Shown here: in pieces, positions 62,401 through 64,000 of the stretch | Numbering within the stretch: the stretch's first letter is position 1 | How the letters are laid out: every line of letters begins with the position of its first letter | NCBI GenBank assembly: GCA_963823665.1 | Contig: CAWGMQ010000010.1 | Span: 2,464,001 to 2,528,000 of the forward strand | Source of the DNA: an uncultured Planctomycetota bacterium | GTDB taxonomy: Bacteria; Planctomycetota; Planctomycetia; Isosphaerales; Isosphaeraceae | Direction: 5' to 3' | DNA: 64,000 nucleotides | Notes under the pieces: generated by a model | Databases searched by the model: none | What the model was told of the DNA's origin: nothing | What the model saw: the letters and a program-made list of their open reading frames with translations, nothing else | Program-made: the position numbers and the translations under genes

Positions 62401-64000
62401 CTCTGTCGATCTCGACACCGGCGTAATTGGGGAGTGGCTGGGTGCCGGTAAAATCGGTGCCGATATAATTGCCGGCCACGGTGTTGCCAGCCGTACCCGT
62501 GCCACTGATCTCGACACCGTCGCCTGTGTCGCCCGAGATAACGTTGCGCTGGTCGGCGTTCTCAGGACCGTAGACCGAATTCACGCCGACCCAGTTCCCG
62601 TAGACGCCGCTGTCGATCTGGACCCCGTTGGTCGTGTTGGGCAGCGCACCGGTACCCGCCGCATCGGTGCCAATGTAATTGCCTGCAACGACGTTTGCAG
62701 TCGATACCGGCGGAGAGCCGTTGGCAACGTACGTGATCCACAGACCCGGACCGGCGTTTCCCGAGATCACGTTGCGCTCGATCGCATCAAGGGAACCGTC
62801 TTGTCCCGAGGTCCCGATCAAGTCGTTCGTCGAATCGCTGATCTGAACCCCGAAACCGTTGGGTATAGCCGCGGTGCCTGCAGCATTGGTGCCGATCAGG
62901 TTGCCGGCGGCAACCTGGTTCGAGCTGTCGCCAATCTGCAGGCCGCCGTACGGGTTGCCCGAAATGACGTTCCCTTCATCGGCGTTTGCTGGCCCGTATA
63001 CGGTGTTAACGCCCACCCAGTTGGTCGAATTGACTTCGCCTAGAAAGACTCCGTCACCAGCATTTCCGAGCGCGGCCGTACCTGCCGCGTTCGTACCGAT
63101 GAAATTACCCGCAACCACGTTGCCGCTCGTGCCGCTGCCGATGATGTCGATGCCGTCATTAAATGGATCGCCCGAGATGATGTTGCGTTCGCCCGCATCA
63201 TCGGCGCTCTGGCCGCTGGTTCCCACGAGGTTGTGGGAAGCACCCGCGCTGATCACCACACCGCCGCCGATGCCGTACCCATACACCGGACCAAGTGGGT
63301 AGAAAACGACTTCGCTGCCGTTGCCCAGTGCGGTGTCTCCGGTCACGCTCGCACCGATGAAATTCCCGGCGACAACATTGTCGTCCGATCCGGTCCCGAA
63401 AATCCACACGCCGGCTTGACGGTTGCCGCTCAAGATATTTCGCTCGAGTGCATTATCGATTCCATCGCCGTTCGTGCCAATCAGGTTTCCGCTAGCACCG
63501 CCCTCGATTCTGACACCGACATTATTCGGGATCGCTTCTGTGCCGGTGCAATCCGTGCCGATGTCATTGCCGGCGACGGTGTTGCCGTCCGAACCATCGA
63601 TTTCAACGCCATGGTCGTTACCGGAGATCACGTTGCCCTGGTCGGCGTTTTCGGGGCCGTTTACCGCGTTGACGCCGATCCAGTTGACGCTGGCGCCGTT
63701 CGTGAGCTGCACACCAAAATAAGACCCGTTGCCCAGGGCTGATTCTCCCGTCGCGTCTGTGCCGATGTAGTTGCCGGCGACGATGTTCTGCTCTGTCCCG
63801 GCACCGCCGATCGAGACGCCGGCGTACGTGTTTCCGCTGATGACGTTTCGCTCCGATGAGTCGTTGACGCCGTCGCCATTCGTGCCGATCAAGTTGGCCG
63901 AAGCACCGTCGTCGATCTCCACACCATCACCGTTCGGGTATGCCAGCTCGCCGGTCGGATCGGTCCCCAGATAGCTTCCGTAGATCCAGTTCCCCGTTGC
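56289..64000 (-). CDS. giant beta-helix + six Ig-like repeat surface protein, 5' end outside the window, frameshifts near 60450 and 58675
   Basis: Same architecture and C-terminus as 45462-50340 with many more GNYIGT/ERNVISGN repeats; frame still open at the window edge. Confidence 0.88.

Overview
High-GC bacterial DNA that looks like Planctomycetota, probably Isosphaeraceae-like. This is inferred from the LE(D/P)R-xLL-type exported proteins, expanded Ser/Thr kinase-TPR/WD40 paralogues and ECF sigma/kinase pairs. Three zones. (1) About 0.9-24.6 kb is a signalling and general-stress island: CheB-CheR-PAS-histidine kinase fusion, NarL-type and single-domain response regulators, DUF2294, a B12-type radical SAM enzyme, a GH13 enzyme, a cyclic beta-1,2-glucan synthase/GH94, an AI-2E transporter and several tiny membrane or hydrophilin proteins. 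(2) About 25-39 kb holds a candidate orphan sRNA, an LRR protein, a truncated AbrB/PIN toxin-antitoxin pair and four Ser/Thr kinases with one ECF sigma, showing internal and terminal deletions. (3) About 39-64 kb holds an ABC transporter/aryl-sulfate sulfotransferase operon divergent from an OmpR/HAMP two-component pair, two paralogous giant beta-helix/Ig surface proteins, an ECF/kinase-WD40 pair and an IS4-family element. A short repeat, AAAAGGTGTCAGGAACC, occurs seven times in one orientation at module boundaries. The IS4 element sits inside one copy with an 11-bp target duplication, and another copy starts a 158-bp perfect duplication. About 16 apparent single-base frameshifts probably reflect long-read assembly errors. 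No rRNA, tRNA or CRISPR array was seen. All family names come from motif recognition by eye, not database searches.
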